64,000 nucleotides of DNA from Vicugna vicugna (lineage: Eukaryota): contig MU058009.1 of assembly GCA_013265495.1 (NCBI GenBank), forward strand, positions 2,234,001 through 2,298,000, given 5' to 3'. A model generated the notes under the pieces. It searched no databases and was not told where the DNA came from. It saw only the letters and a program-made list of their open reading frames with translations. Below, one piece after another: positions 50,473-62,060 of this stretch. The translations under genes were made by a program, and so were the position numbers. How positions within the stretch are numbered: the stretch's first letter is position 1; each line of letters opens with the position of its first letter.

Positions 50473-50724
50473 CAGAAGAACTGCGGGACTCTCTTCTTGG
50501 CCGTGGGATTTTGAATGTTCTCGCACCCCAAGCTGAGCAGATCTGCACATGTCTTGCCCACCTGGCCGTCATGGGTCTGGGGTTCCTTCTTCCCGTTCCT
50601 CTACGTACACCTTGTGAACAGGAGGCCCCACCAGTCTGGCAGGTCTCAGCACGGGGCCTCTAGCACCCTGGCCTCCTTGCCCGCCTGCTCCCGGGTGACC
50701 TGCTCCCTGTTTGTTGTCTTCCAG

Positions 50725-51022
50725 GCCCTGCTTCCCTTCGGGCATACCCTCTGCTGTCAGTGATCACCCGGCAGCCCACAGTCATCTCCCACCTGGTCCC
50801 CGCCGCCCCCGGAATCGCCCAGGCTCTGTCCCGCCACCCGGCCGCTGAGGCCGCCTCCGCGGAGGCCCCCGGCGAGAATGTGGGCAGCAGCGAGTCGGAG
50901 GCAGAGCAGCCCACGCCCCGGCAGAAGAAGCCTCGCCGGAGCCGCACCATCTTCACCGAGCTGCAGCTCATGGGCCTGGAGAAGAAGTTCCAGAAGCAGA
51001 AGTACTTGTCCACCCCAGACAG
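50725..51022 (+). CDS. BARX2: BARX2 coding exon 2 (phase-1 start; N-terminal region and first half of the homeodomain)
   Basis: Acceptor tttgttgtcttccAG|gc and donor gacag|GTgcgg. Translates (G)[34 protein letters not shown]...[33 protein letters not shown](R), matching BARX2 as I recall it; 298 nt. Confidence 0.97.
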
Positions 51023-51299
51023 GTGCGGACGCGGGGAGGGGACTGTCCACAGGTGCGGTGGGGGCTCCTTTTGCTCTCGGAGTGGGACAGAGAGCCACGA
51101 GGAGGGTTTCAGGGGTTTAGAGATGCGAACACCCCTTGGCTCCGCCCTTGGCTCAGGTCATCTCAGCCTTGCCGCCCACCTGCGGGAATGCAGCACGCCT
51201 AGCCCCGGGGACAAGCCCGCTGCTGAATTTGTACTCCTGTGTCTCCATATTTTAAGTTAACGACAAGCGAGGTGAAGTTTAGCAAATGGTCAGCAGCCA

Positions 51300-51680
51300 T
51301 TAAGAGCCAGAAGCAACGTGATTTACATTTGAGAATCCTCGCATTGGTGGCACCATAAATGACTGATCACAGAGGGGAGAGGTGGAGCAGGGAGTCCAGG
51401 TAGGAGAGAGTCCAGGCAGCGTCTCTGGAGACCGGAGTGAAGATGGTGACATGGGAGCAGAGAGGAGAGAGGAGATGGGAGAACAGTTTTGAAAACGGAA
51501 TAGAGCTGACGTCGGCGTGAGGAAGAGACGAGAGTTGAGGATTCTGGTTCTTGGATGAGCCACCAGGTAAATGGGGACAAGCACTAACAGAGGCTGAGGA
51601 TAGAGCAGGTTTGGTGGGGCAACAGTGCCTTCTGTTTGGAAGTGAGCCATCTGGGGTGCCTTCAGGCTCTCGGGTGCCCC
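51300..51680 (-). mobile_element. L2 fragment
   Basis: ggcgtgaggaagagacgagagttgaggattctggttcttggatgagccaccaggtaaatggggac...agagcaggtttggtgggg. Confidence 0.7.
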
Positions 51681-53239
51681 CTCCGCCCCTCCTGTGGAGA
51701 CAGGTCTGTGAACTGGGGACCAATTGATGAGCTCTTAGGAATCAGATGGCTCTTCTGAAGGCCCGGCCTGTACCGGAGAGCCCCACGTGCTGGGCGCCCA
51801 GGTGGAGTGGGCACCCTGGTTCACGAGTCGCGTGGTGGCGGTGCGGAGAGGGCTTCGGCATGCTCAGGGGGCACTGCAGGCTCACTTTAGGAGTCGGAGA
51901 CTTTCACAGAAACGTGCGTTCCAAGTAACCCCCCGTGGGGCTTCCGAATACCTGCCCGGGCACCTCTCAGGTGACCCACGCAGGCTTGATTCACTCGCCT
52001 GGGGAGGAGGACACCATCTGGCTGGCATGGGCGCGCTCAGCTGCTCCTCACCCTGTACGTGACCGGGGCCATGAGCACTCCCTCCTCCCACAGCTCCCTC
52101 CCTCTTCCCTTCTGTTTGTTTCCCGGTCTCCTAGGTGACCCTGTTTAAGCGAATATGCAGGGAAGTGAGAATTTGTAACGGTGGCAGGTAATGAGAGAAA
52201 ACTGATGACAGGGAGGCCTGTTTCTGTAGCCAGAGTGAGTCAGGGGCGCATTTTTCCCAAGTGAGCTCACCCTGTGTGCAGAGTTGTGCACCGAACCTTC
52301 CACTGACTAATGCACCTGATGGCCTCAGGTGAACTGGGCGGGAGGGCACAGGAGAGCCTGCGGAGTGCCCGAGTCCAGGGAGGCCTGGGAGACCAGGAGT
52401 CCGTGGGATGCCCCCTCCCCGCCCCCATGCAGTGGGCGCCCCTGTTCGTGGGGAGAGTAAGCGGCCGTGCACTGGGGATTTATTAGCTTCAACCTGCTCA
52501 TCACTTTCAGTAAAACTGTCAGCTTCCAGTAGCCCTCTTGCTGGGACGACCACGTGTGTGTGAATGCAGATTTAAGCCAGGTTCCGAAGTTCCTTGAAGG
52601 AAAACTCGGTTTCTCTTATTGGAGACTTTAATTGGGCACTCCAGTCAAAGCGGGGTGGGGGTGGGGGGCTGGGCAGCTGCAGCTGGAGGGCGGAGAGTTA
52701 CAGCACCTGGAACCTTCGCTGCCTGCACCGGCTGGCCTTCCTGGCCGTGACAGGTTGCTCGCTGCTCCTCGGATGGCCTGGGGGCCTCCAGAAGTGGTAG
52801 TCGCCGCTCAGGCTGCGTCAGGGGTGCTCATCCCAAGCTGCTGTGTGGCAGGTCCACGCTGCTGCAGGGCCCAGGGCTGGGACGCGAGGAGGCAGCTGGT
52901 GTGGGCTCCTTCCAGTGACGGGGGTGGGGGGGTCCGTGCAGCTGGCGCTCGGTAGACCTGGAGCGCTTACCCATGAACACAGGTCAGCACCTGGAGCAAC
53001 AGCCCCGGGGCCTGAGGTGGGAAGCCTGGTTCCCCTCCCACTCCACGTGCTCCGCTCAGGCTGTCTGCTGCTCCCCGGGAGGTGGCATCCCCAAATTTTC
53101 TCCGCAAGAGCCTGATCAAGGGCGTCCCTTCGATAGCTCCAACTTGTACAAAATACCGTGAGAGGCATGAGCCCCTGTGCGGGAGGAGGGGCTCGGGCAG
53201 ACCTGAATCCCGCCTCTGCCTCTTCCTCTAGGCCGACCT

Positions 53240-53432
53240 GCCAGTCTCCTGTGCAGGGCCAGAGGGTCACTGCGCAGGGTCTGGGGCCAAATGGCCTGTC
53301 ACCGCCGCTCAACTCTGAGGCCGTAGCGTGAAAGCGGCCAGAGACAGTGTGGAAACGCGGGAGCGGGTCTGTGTGCCAGTAAAGCTTTATTTACAGAAGC
53401 AGGTAGTGGACAGGGTTTGGCCACGGTTGCCA
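53240..53432 (+). mobile_element. MER58A hAT MITE
   Basis: ctgtgcagggccagaggg...gctcaactctgaggccgtagcgtgaaagcggccagagacagtg...ctgtgtgccagtaaagctttatttacagaagcagg. Confidence 0.8.
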
Positions 53433-54362
53433 GGAGACGGGAGCCTGAGCCCCAGACTCTCGTCTGTAAGACGGGAGTGATGGCACCTCCTTCACAGCCG
53501 GAAGGAATGGCTAAGAAAGGGACACGTGAGGGGGCGCGTGCCAGGGGCAGAGCACACAGCCCGGGATGCGGCGGGGCTCGGGAAACAGCGTTGCTGGACC
53601 GTGCTCCAGCTGCACGCTTCCCGGGACGGCTCCGACACTCGGGGCTTGTTGGGAGGCTACGGAGAAACGCAGCACTGGGAAGCAGGAGGGGCTGCTACAA
53701 CGCAGTGTTTCTTCCGGAATCTGGCATTATGGCAGGTGCGGGCAGCCCCAGTGGCCGCATCACTCTGCCGGGAGGTATTCTGGGGCCCTTGTTCTGGATT
53801 TAGACTGAGCTAGGCGCTCTCGTGATTGCAGCAGAAGCAGAAGGCACCCCCCGCTCTGGCCGCTGAGCTGGGAGGCAGAAGTAACTGGGGTGAAGCAGAG
53901 ACCTCGCTCCTGAGAACATGGAGCCGCTGACCCGCGTGGTGGAGGCAACCTGCATTGGGGGGTCGCCCACAGGAAGCAGGTGCTTGAGTCGGATCTAAGT
54001 GATGAGTGGGATCCTGATGAGGAAAATAAGGCTTTACCTTTCCTCCTCAGTTTGGATCTTGGGTCACAGTATGCATAGGATCAGAGTAAAGAGGCTGGGG
54101 GTCAGGAAGAGGACTCGGCAGTGAAGGCTCAAATCCTTTTCAGGTCCAGTGTGGCCAGCCCTTGGGCGTGGGCACCTGCTTCTTAGCCTCCCAGAGTTTC
54201 ATCCACAGGATTCTCGGAAGGAAAGCAGAGCTCCCCGGGGAGGAACGGGTTTAAAGGGGAGGCCCTCGCTCTGGAGCGGAGCCTGGGGCTCGTCAGCGGG
54301 ACCCCGTCTCCACCGCCCCTTCCCATCTGCCTCATCCTCCCTCTATGTCTCGTGCCTTCCAG

Positions 54363-54447
54363 GTTGGACTTGGCCCAGTCTCTGGGACTCACTCAACTGC
54401 AGGTGAAGACCTGGTATCAGAACCGCAGGATGAAGTGGAAGAAAATG
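54363..54447 (+). CDS. BARX2: BARX2 coding exon 3 (homeodomain helices 2-3)
   Basis: Acceptor tgtctcgtgccttccAG|g and donor aaaatg|GTaaga; 85 nt. Completes the R codon from exon 2, then [29 protein letters not shown]47/Y49 in helix 3 is the Bar-family signature. Confidence 0.98.
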
Positions 54448-54816
54448 GTAAGAAAGAGAGGAAGTCTTCCCAGGGGCCCAGTGTGACGGGAAGAATTCTT
54501 ACAGCAGAGCTGGTGGGAAGGCAGGGAGGACCCTCTGGTGGTTTGAGCTCCAGAGACTGGAGGGCCTTTTAAGATGCTGAGAGAGAAGCTGTCTGAACAA
54601 AAGGATAAGCCATTCCTCCTGGCCAGAGGGATGTTCTTTTCCACAGTTCCATCAGAAATAAAAGAAAAAGAGCCCCCAGGCTCCTCAGTGGCTGGTTTTA
54701 ACCCCACCTGCTCGCCCTTTCAAAGAACTTCCTTCCACTTCCCACACACAGCTAAGAATAGAAGTCAGTACTCTTTGTTTGTGGGACATACCGGGCACAG
54801 CTGTGTGTCCCCTAAT

Positions 54817-54975
54817 GCAGTGATTCTCAAACTAGGGGGCATCAGAGTAACCTGGGTAGCAGGTACAAAGGCAGAACTCTGGGCCTCTCCCAGGATTCTG
54901 GTTCCCTGTCATAGGACAGGACGTGTTAACCAGCCCCCAGGTTCCTCTGACGCACGTGGTACAATGACGGGTTTC
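54817..54975. mobile_element. MER5-like hAT fragment
   Basis: cagtgattctcaaact...gcatcagagtaacctggg...taaccagcccccaggttcctctgacgcac. Confidence 0.65.
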
Positions 54976-56699
54976 CCTAATACTGTTCACGTGCCTCGTT
55001 GATTAATTGTTCCACATTTGCTTTTTTAATGAACTTTTTAGAGTAAACGGCTCTAAAAAAATAAGCATCTCTAGGTTTTGAGGAACTCTAGTTCATAATG
55101 GTTTACCACCCCTCTTTTTTTGAAAAGTACAGTTAAATCCAAATTTTTCGAAGTAATTGAGTTTCACCTCCAGTTTTGTAAACCCCAGGGGATAAGGTCA
55201 AAGCCCAGAGGAAAAAGGAGGGTTGGGAGGAGGCTGGGAAGAAGCCTTGCTCTTATTCTTTGGAGACCAAGTGCACCGTGGGCTGGCACCCAGGCCTCTC
55301 CGCCTCCCCGCGGAGCCCCACAGGCCCGCCCTCCCCTCACGAGGACCGGGCGGTGCGGGCCTACCTGGGTGACTTCTGATCTGCTAAGCCATCTGGTCAC
55401 AAGCCATGTTCCCCAGTGTCTCAAGGGCTGGAATATGGCTTTTTTTTTTTTTTCACAATTACCAAAAAACTAAGGTCCCTCCACCACCTAGTTTTCAGGG
55501 AAAAAAAAGTATTTTTTGATAACAGATTTTGAGGCATTTTCTCAATTTTGTGTTTTTGGCCAATAATTTTTCCTGAAAACTTTAGTTCTTGCTATATTGC
55601 CTCCTAGGAATGAGAAAAATAAACAGATTACAAATGCATAGTAATGGGGAGATTAGAAGAAAGCCATCAAGGCGGCAGTGATTACATTCCCAGAAAAAAG
55701 TTCCTGGGCAAATCTGCTAATTCCCTCGGTGGAGGGGGCAGGTACCTGCCCCTGAGATGGAAGGGTTTTGGGAGAGAGGCGGCCTGGCCCGTGAACATGC
55801 TCCCGGTGAGGTGGCGGTGCCGGCACATGTACAGACACACAAACGGCGCACACATCAGCAGATACGTACTCAGTGTCTCTGAGAACCATGCATGGTCCTG
55901 GGCACCGTAGGAAGTAACGGAACAACATATAACCCTGTCTCCATGGATCTGGTTGGAGAACCGAGGTCCAGGAGGCAGCTGGGGAGCACACTGTAGTTGA
56001 GCGCTGGTTCTCTGCTTATAGACGGAACCCTGTGAGAGCTCGGAGGAGAGGTATCAGGAAAGGCTGCAGGGAGAAGCTGAAGTGTAAATAAGATTCAGTT
56101 CAATGCATCGTCGCTCCCAAATGCCTAGAATGCTAAGACGCCCGTGGGCCTTTCGGGGGGCTGATGTCGAAAAGAACCAGCTTCGGGAGCTGGAAGCACT
56201 GGGCAGCGTTCCCAGGCCTGCCCCTCCCAGCTGGTTTTGGGCAAGTCTCTTCACCGCTTTCTGTGCATCTTTCACCACCCACCTCCTTCCTCGTCACTCA
56301 TCGTCGTGGAAATCGATGTCTCCCGAGCGGCAGAGGCATTGTTTAAATTGGTTATCAGCGATCTTTTCATGAGTCAGGTGATGAGCGAGCCGACAGCCTG
56401 CAGTCTCTGCCAGCACCGCCCAGGGCCCCGGGGGGCACGTGCGCCTCTGCCGCTGACGCCACTTGTTTTCCACCAGCCTCGGCGCCGCGGGCGCAGCCGA
56501 GGGCCGGGACCCACGGCTCTCAGTGTCATGGGAGACAAAATGGAGGTAACGTTGCAGGCTTCACTCTGAGAGCGTTCCACCGGCCAGCCGCACGCGGGCC
56601 CCTTTGGGAAACAAGAGTCCGCCTCACCTTGTCTGGTGAGCACTCACTCTCACCAAGCAATGGCAATACAATAAGACACAAACCCATCTGTTAAAAAAT

Positions 56700-56960
56700 A
56701 AAAATCAAAGTACTCAGTCCAGTGTGGAGACAGACCTGTGAACCAGTAATTCTACAGTGATCAGGGCAACTGTGGAAGGACTTATGAGGCTCTGGATCAG
56801 TGTAGAGAAGGGAGGGCTTCCCAGAAGAGGTGCCATGTAAATTGGGTTTAGCAGGTGAACAGACATGTGCCAGGTGAAGGTGGCAAGGGTGTCACAGGCA
56901 GGAGGAAGGTACAGAAGTATGTGGGGCGCTGGGAGGACCTCAGAATGGCTGCAGCGAAAA
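56700..56960 (-). mobile_element. L2 fragment
   Basis: ctcagtccagtgtggagacagacctgtgaaccagtaattctacagtg...ggagggcttcccagaagaggtg. Confidence 0.6.
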
Positions 56961-59236
56961 TAAGAGCGAAGTGCCTCGGGTTGGGGTCCCATTCTGACCT
57001 CCCCAGAGCCGCACGGCCCTGTTGGGGTCCCGCTTGCTGCACGTTTTCCCTGGTAAAGCTCCTTCAGGGCCATCTCTTTGGGGAAGTAGGGAGGAAAAGA
57101 AGACGATAATTGGGTAATAAAGAGGTCTCCAGGCAAGTAACCTCACTGGAACTGGAAAAAGATTAGCACTTGAGTCGCGGAGCTATTCACCCGGCTGCCA
57201 GGGACAGCGCTGCAGACCTAGAGAGCACCTCGGACTGGGCTTTTCCGGTCAGCACCTGTGACCCACAGCAGGCTGGGTAAATGGGACCGCATGCGTTCGA
57301 TGGGACTTGAACCCTCCTTCAGTTTCTGCTTGCCTGGGGTTCCAGTAGGGTCCACAGGGCTTTGCAGTGGACCGAAGTTCCCCATCACTTGGGGTTACTT
57401 TTCAGCTCTGAAGTACCAGGGTCCAGATGGACCACACCCTCCCCTCCCAGTCACAGAGCTGGGTGGGCCACTCACCTCGCACGCCGGCATCCTTTGCACA
57501 GAAAGTCTCCCGCTCGTCCCGCTTCTGTGAAACTGCTACCGGTTGCTCTGTGTCATCGTGGCCAGGTTACCTAACCTCTGGGTGCCTGTTTCCTTGTCAG
57601 TACATGCCTAATGGACACCTGATTAGGGATGTGGATGCGGTAACTGAGCCAGTCCCTGCAGGACTCAGGGCCAAGAAAGGTTAGCTGTTACTCTTCTCAT
57701 TATTATTTTAACATTATTTACCTCTCCACAAAATTGATGTCTCCAGAAAAGTCTCAACTTCTGGAGGCCAGGAGAAAGAACCCAAAAATGAATTCTGCAG
57801 GTTTCAGGGAGGCGGGAGAAGGCCGCCCTGGGTGTCTCTGCTTCCTCGTTCCCCACCCGCCAGCCTCCCCGGGTCAGTACCTTAGCGTTTGGGCATGAGC
57901 TGAGTGGAACATCCCCCTTCAGGTGGAAAATCTGCTCAACAGCGTGCTGGGGAGAGGCCCGTGCTAGGGACGGCGGGCTTCTCAGCTTCGTGGGAAGATT
58001 GTCATTGGCGTGGCTCTCACTTCCACGGAGCTGCACAGAGAGAGAAGAAGTGAGCAGAAAAAGCACTGAGTTAATGAGCCTGTGGTCTAGGCTCTGCTGG
58101 GAGGTCAGGTAACTAGATAAATACCAGCGTCAGAGATAACAGTGCAGGGTTTGTGTAACCCCTGCCCGTTCCGCACAATGAAACACCCACCGGTGAGAGT
58201 GTTAGATTCGAATGGTCGGGGCGCTGTGCTCAGATCCCAGCTCTGCCTTGGCTGGCTCTTCCCCCGTCACCGACCACTTCTGCCTGCTGTTTCCTGCCTG
58301 AGAAACGGGGAGGTAGAAGGCTTGTCTGTCTGCTGACGTCCAGGCTCTCCAGTCAGGCTGCCTGTCCCCCACCCACCTGTGCACCCCGGGAAGGACGCAG
58401 AGGCCTGGCCCTGACTCCCCAGCTGCAGGACACTGGAGTTCCTAGTTCTGGAGCTCAGAGGAGGGCGGCCAGCGGGCCCGGCTGGTAAAACTAGGCGGTG
58501 TGCTTGGTGTTCTTTCCAAGAAGTACGTGACTTCACGGGTTGTCTGGCCTCTCTGGACCAAGGGGACTGCGCTGGCTCTGGGGATAACTGGGGAGGAGGG
58601 GTGCCAGGAGAAGGGTCACAGGGTACAGCTCCCGGTGTGGGGTGATCGTGAGATAATTGCATGTCTCAGGTGTGCTGGCAGGCAGGGGGCCAGGGGCCGA
58701 GTGCGGAGAGCATCCAAGAGGGTAGTTATCTCCTAATTGCTGCTTGTGCTGGAATGTTTTATTCCATTTAGAAAATGGTCTGATTGTTTTGATTTTTTTT
58801 CACGGGGTAGAAAAACAGCCAGGTGGGGTCTGTCCAAGCCGTGTGGGTGGTGTTCTCTAATTGCTGGGCTGGACTTTCTTTTGCCAATTAGATGGCCTCT
58901 TTAGACCTGCCCTTTTATAACCTGATTACTACATGGGGCAACTCGGTTTTGTATAACCTCTTTCATACCGAGCAGAGTTGCTTTCAACATGTCAGTTCCA
59001 ACTTGGCACATATGGGTGCTTTCAACAGCCTGTGCTCAGACTGAAATCAAAATCAGATCCTGACTTAAATGAAAAGGAACATAGGGATGTCTTCTCCCCG
59101 GTGGTGGATTCTGTCAGCATCCATACCTTGTTAGAGGTCCCCTTCACATCTGTGTGTTGGCTGTTTGGGTTGAAAGTACAGTGGCTGAGCAGATTCCCAG
59201 CTAAAAGGAGGTGTTCATTGAGAACTTATGGTTTTT

Positions 59237-60445
59237 CTTACACCACTTACAAAAGTTAACTCAGAATGAATCATACACCTAAATGTAAACATTGAAACTA
59301 TAGAACTCATGGAAGAAAATATTTACTCTAAGAGTAAATGTTTATGACCTGGGGTTAGGCAAAACCTTCTTAGATATGACGCCAAAATCACAAGCAACCA
59401 TAACAACGAAAAAATTGGACTTCATCAAAATTAAAAATTTCTGTGCTATGAAGGACACCATCAAGAGAGTGAAGAGGCAACACACAGAATGGGAGAACAT
59501 ACTTGCAAGTCTTATACCTGAAAAGGGACTTTTATCCAAAGTAGGTAGAGAACTCTTATAACTCAATACTAAAAAAGACAACCACTTTTTAAATTGGCCA
59601 GTGATTTGAACAAACTTACCGCCAAAGAAGATGTACAGCTGGCCCGTAGGTACATGAAGAGACACTCAACTTCATTAGTTGTCGGGGACGTACAAGTGAG
59701 AAACACAATGAGATGCCACTTCACACCCACCAGGATGGCCAGAATGAGAAAGAAATACCAAGTGTGGCGAGGCCGCATAGAGTGAGTTGGAAGGGCCCTT
59801 AGATACTGCTGAGTGGAATGGAACATGGTGCAGCTGCTTTGGAAAACAGTCTGGAAATTCCTCCAAATGTTCAACACAGAGTCACCGTATGACCCCGAAC
59901 TTCCCCTTCTGGTCATACACCCAAAAGGAGTGAAAGCAAAAAGATATTTGCACACCCAAGTTCACAGTAGCATTACTCACCCTACCGTAACCCGAAGATA
60001 GAAGCAACCCAGGTGGCCATCAGAGAATGAGCGGGTAAGCAGAATGCGGTTTATGCATACAGTAGAGGTCACTTGGCCTTAAAAGGAATGAAAAACCTAC
60101 ATGTGCTATACAACACAGATGAACCTTGGATGCAAAAATGAAAGCAGCCAGTCACAAAGGACGACATATTGTCTGATTCCCTTCCTGTGAAATGTCCAGG
60201 ACACACAAATCTGTTAAAATAGAAAGCAGATTTGTGGTTGCCTCGGGTTGAGGGGCAGAGGAGAAGTGGGCAGGGGCCACTAATGAGTACGGGGTTTCTT
60301 TTGGGAATGATGAAAATGTTCTAAAACTGGATCCTGATGACAGCTGCACAATTCTGTGACTTACTAAAAACCACTAAGTTGTGCACTATAAATGAGTGAG
60401 ATGCGTGGTATGTGAACTGTATCTCAATAAGGCTATTTGAAAAGA
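59237..60445 (+). mobile_element. L1MB-like element (degraded ORF2 C-terminus plus 3' UTR)
   Basis: ORF-track peptides LDFIKIKNFCAMKDTIKRVKRQHTEWENIL, MRCHFTPTRMA and MVQLLWKTVWKFL are L1 ORF2 C-terminal motifs split by frameshifts; ends tgaactgtatctcaataaggct. Confidence 0.92.
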
Positions 60446-60994
60446 GAATTTATGGTTTATCGAGTTACTACATTCATTCTTGTAAGTCAGCACTTGGCCG
60501 TCCTCTGCCGCTCAGAGGAGAGAGCTGCAGTCAGTAAGTACTTCGTGGCCGCATAGAGTGAGTTGGAAGTCAGATGCTTGGAGCACAAAGCAAGGCGCAG
60601 ATGCAGGATTTACCTTCAAGGAGCGTCTGTTCAAATGAAGAAGTGAGGATCACAACAGGTGCGTAAGTAGCAAAAACAGAGCCCACTCGTAACCACCTGT
60701 GCCCCTCATCGTCCCCCTGAGGCCCTTCTCACCAGCTGCTCAGAAAATCAGCAGCTACGCCGGCTAGAGCTCAGAGCCAGTGGAGGACAGAGTGTCTGTT
60801 ATACCCAGAGTAACATGTACATATTTAAAATACTGCCCCTGCCTACCTCATGGGGCGCTTGTGTACATCACACATTGGAACAGCAAGTGTGCAAGTCCTT
60901 TGAAGTCAGAGAAAGCCATCGGGTTACTATTATTTTGCTTACTTTATATCTTTCCTCAAGTCTGTGGAAAGGCATGTTGAGAGAGGTTAGTTCG

Positions 60995-61235
60995 TTCAGT
61001 GACAGTTGTTGAATGCCTGCTGTGTGCAGGGACTGAGTGGGAGCGCCAGGCAAGGAAACACGAGTGACAGGCGCTGATGAAAATGCTCCGCTGGCGGGGG
61101 TACGGGGCGCTCACAGGGCATACTGCGGAGGGCACTTACCTTAGACGTGGGAGGCCAGGGAAGGTCCCCAGGAGAAGCACCGTCTAAGCTGAGTGAACCC
61201 GGCGAGCAGGGTGGGAGGCAGTCTGCCAGAGACAC
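60995..61235 (-). mobile_element. L2 3' fragment
   Basis: ttgttgaatgcctgctgtgtgcagggactg...agggaaggtccccaggagaag...taagctgagtg. Confidence 0.6.
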
Positions 61236-61289
61236 CCCTGGCCCTTTCCTGCATCTTACTTGTTGGTCTCCTTCACCGTCGCCCTGTGC

Positions 61290-61345
61290 AATAAAGTATG
61301 ATCATCTCCATTTTACAGACTAGGAAACTGAGGCTCAGTGTTTAA
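61290..61345 (-). mobile_element. MIR core fragment
   Basis: atcatctccattttacagactaggaaactgaggctcag. Confidence 0.75.
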
Positions 61346-61419
61346 AGGATAAGTAACTTTCAGAGCAAGAACACTTTCTCCCAAGCGCCGCTGCTCCTTC
61401 GAACGATACAAAACCATGT

Positions 61420-62060
61420 TTTATACCGTCTTTTTTCTGAGTACAGAAACACTTACACGTGATCGTTGTTGAAAAATTAGAAAAAATATTTTAAAAAATT
61501 GTTTAATTATTCACGATCTGAGACTGCAGACAGGGTGGTATGTAGCTGCCTAGCCTCCAAATTGAATTGTGCTGGTTCAGAACCTGTTTTGCACAAAAAT
61601 ACATTAGTATTTCCCGTGTCACTTCACACTCTCCTATGTGATGACTAGTGGTTATCGTGTCCTCTCTCCGCCTTACAATTATGTGCCCAATCACATGGTG
61701 GAGCTTATGTGTGTTTCTCCAAATCTGTGTTATTATAACCAATTTTGTGATGAACATTTTTGTACGTCAATCATTGTCTCAATCTTTGATGACTTCTGTA
61801 GGCTAAGCTGTTAAAAGTGCAATTTCTGTGCCAAAGAGTATGCACATTTTAAGACCTGATTTAAATTCTCAGATTGTCTTTGGAAAAGCTGTAACCAATT
61901 ATACTTTCACACTTGCGTGTGAGTGTTTTCCTGTTTGTTACAAATATTGTCTTTAAACTTGTCAACTTGCTATCGCATTCCTACTTTAGTTTCCATGTCT
62001 TTCCCTCTTGTTGAAGTTGGATTTTTCAGTGTGTTTATGATCATTATATTTAATGCCAAT
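61420..62060 (-). mobile_element. Old L1 (L1ME-like) fragment
   Basis: tgtgatgaacatttttgtac...aaaagtgcaatttctgtgccaaagagtatgcacattttaag...agctgtaaccaattatact. Confidence 0.6.

Larger units (their letters stand above)
1..50724 (+). other. BARX2: BARX2 intron 1 (partial; exon 1 lies upstream of the window)
   Basis: No segment encoding the BARX2 N-terminus (MHCHAELRLSSPG.../FMIDEIL eh1-like motif) is visible in the ORF track or on reading. Exon 2 begins mid-codon, and BARX2 is known to have a very long first intron. Confidence 0.85.

Noticed and set aside
50760..51260. 166-aa ORF treated as a standalone single-exon homeobox gene
   Set aside because: It is BARX2 exon 2 read through the donor into intron 2. 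Its start is an internal GTG (Val), and the homeodomain is completed only by exon 3.
54400..54408. Internal cag|GTgaag donor-like site at the classic homeobox intron position (Q44/V45)
   Set aside because: The sequence is dictated by the conserved QVK codons, +5 is not G, and the real exon-3 donor (atg|gtaaga) is stronger.
59342..60001. Protein-like ORFs
   Set aside because: Frameshifted remnants (and antisense frames) of L1 ORF2; not a host gene or an active element.
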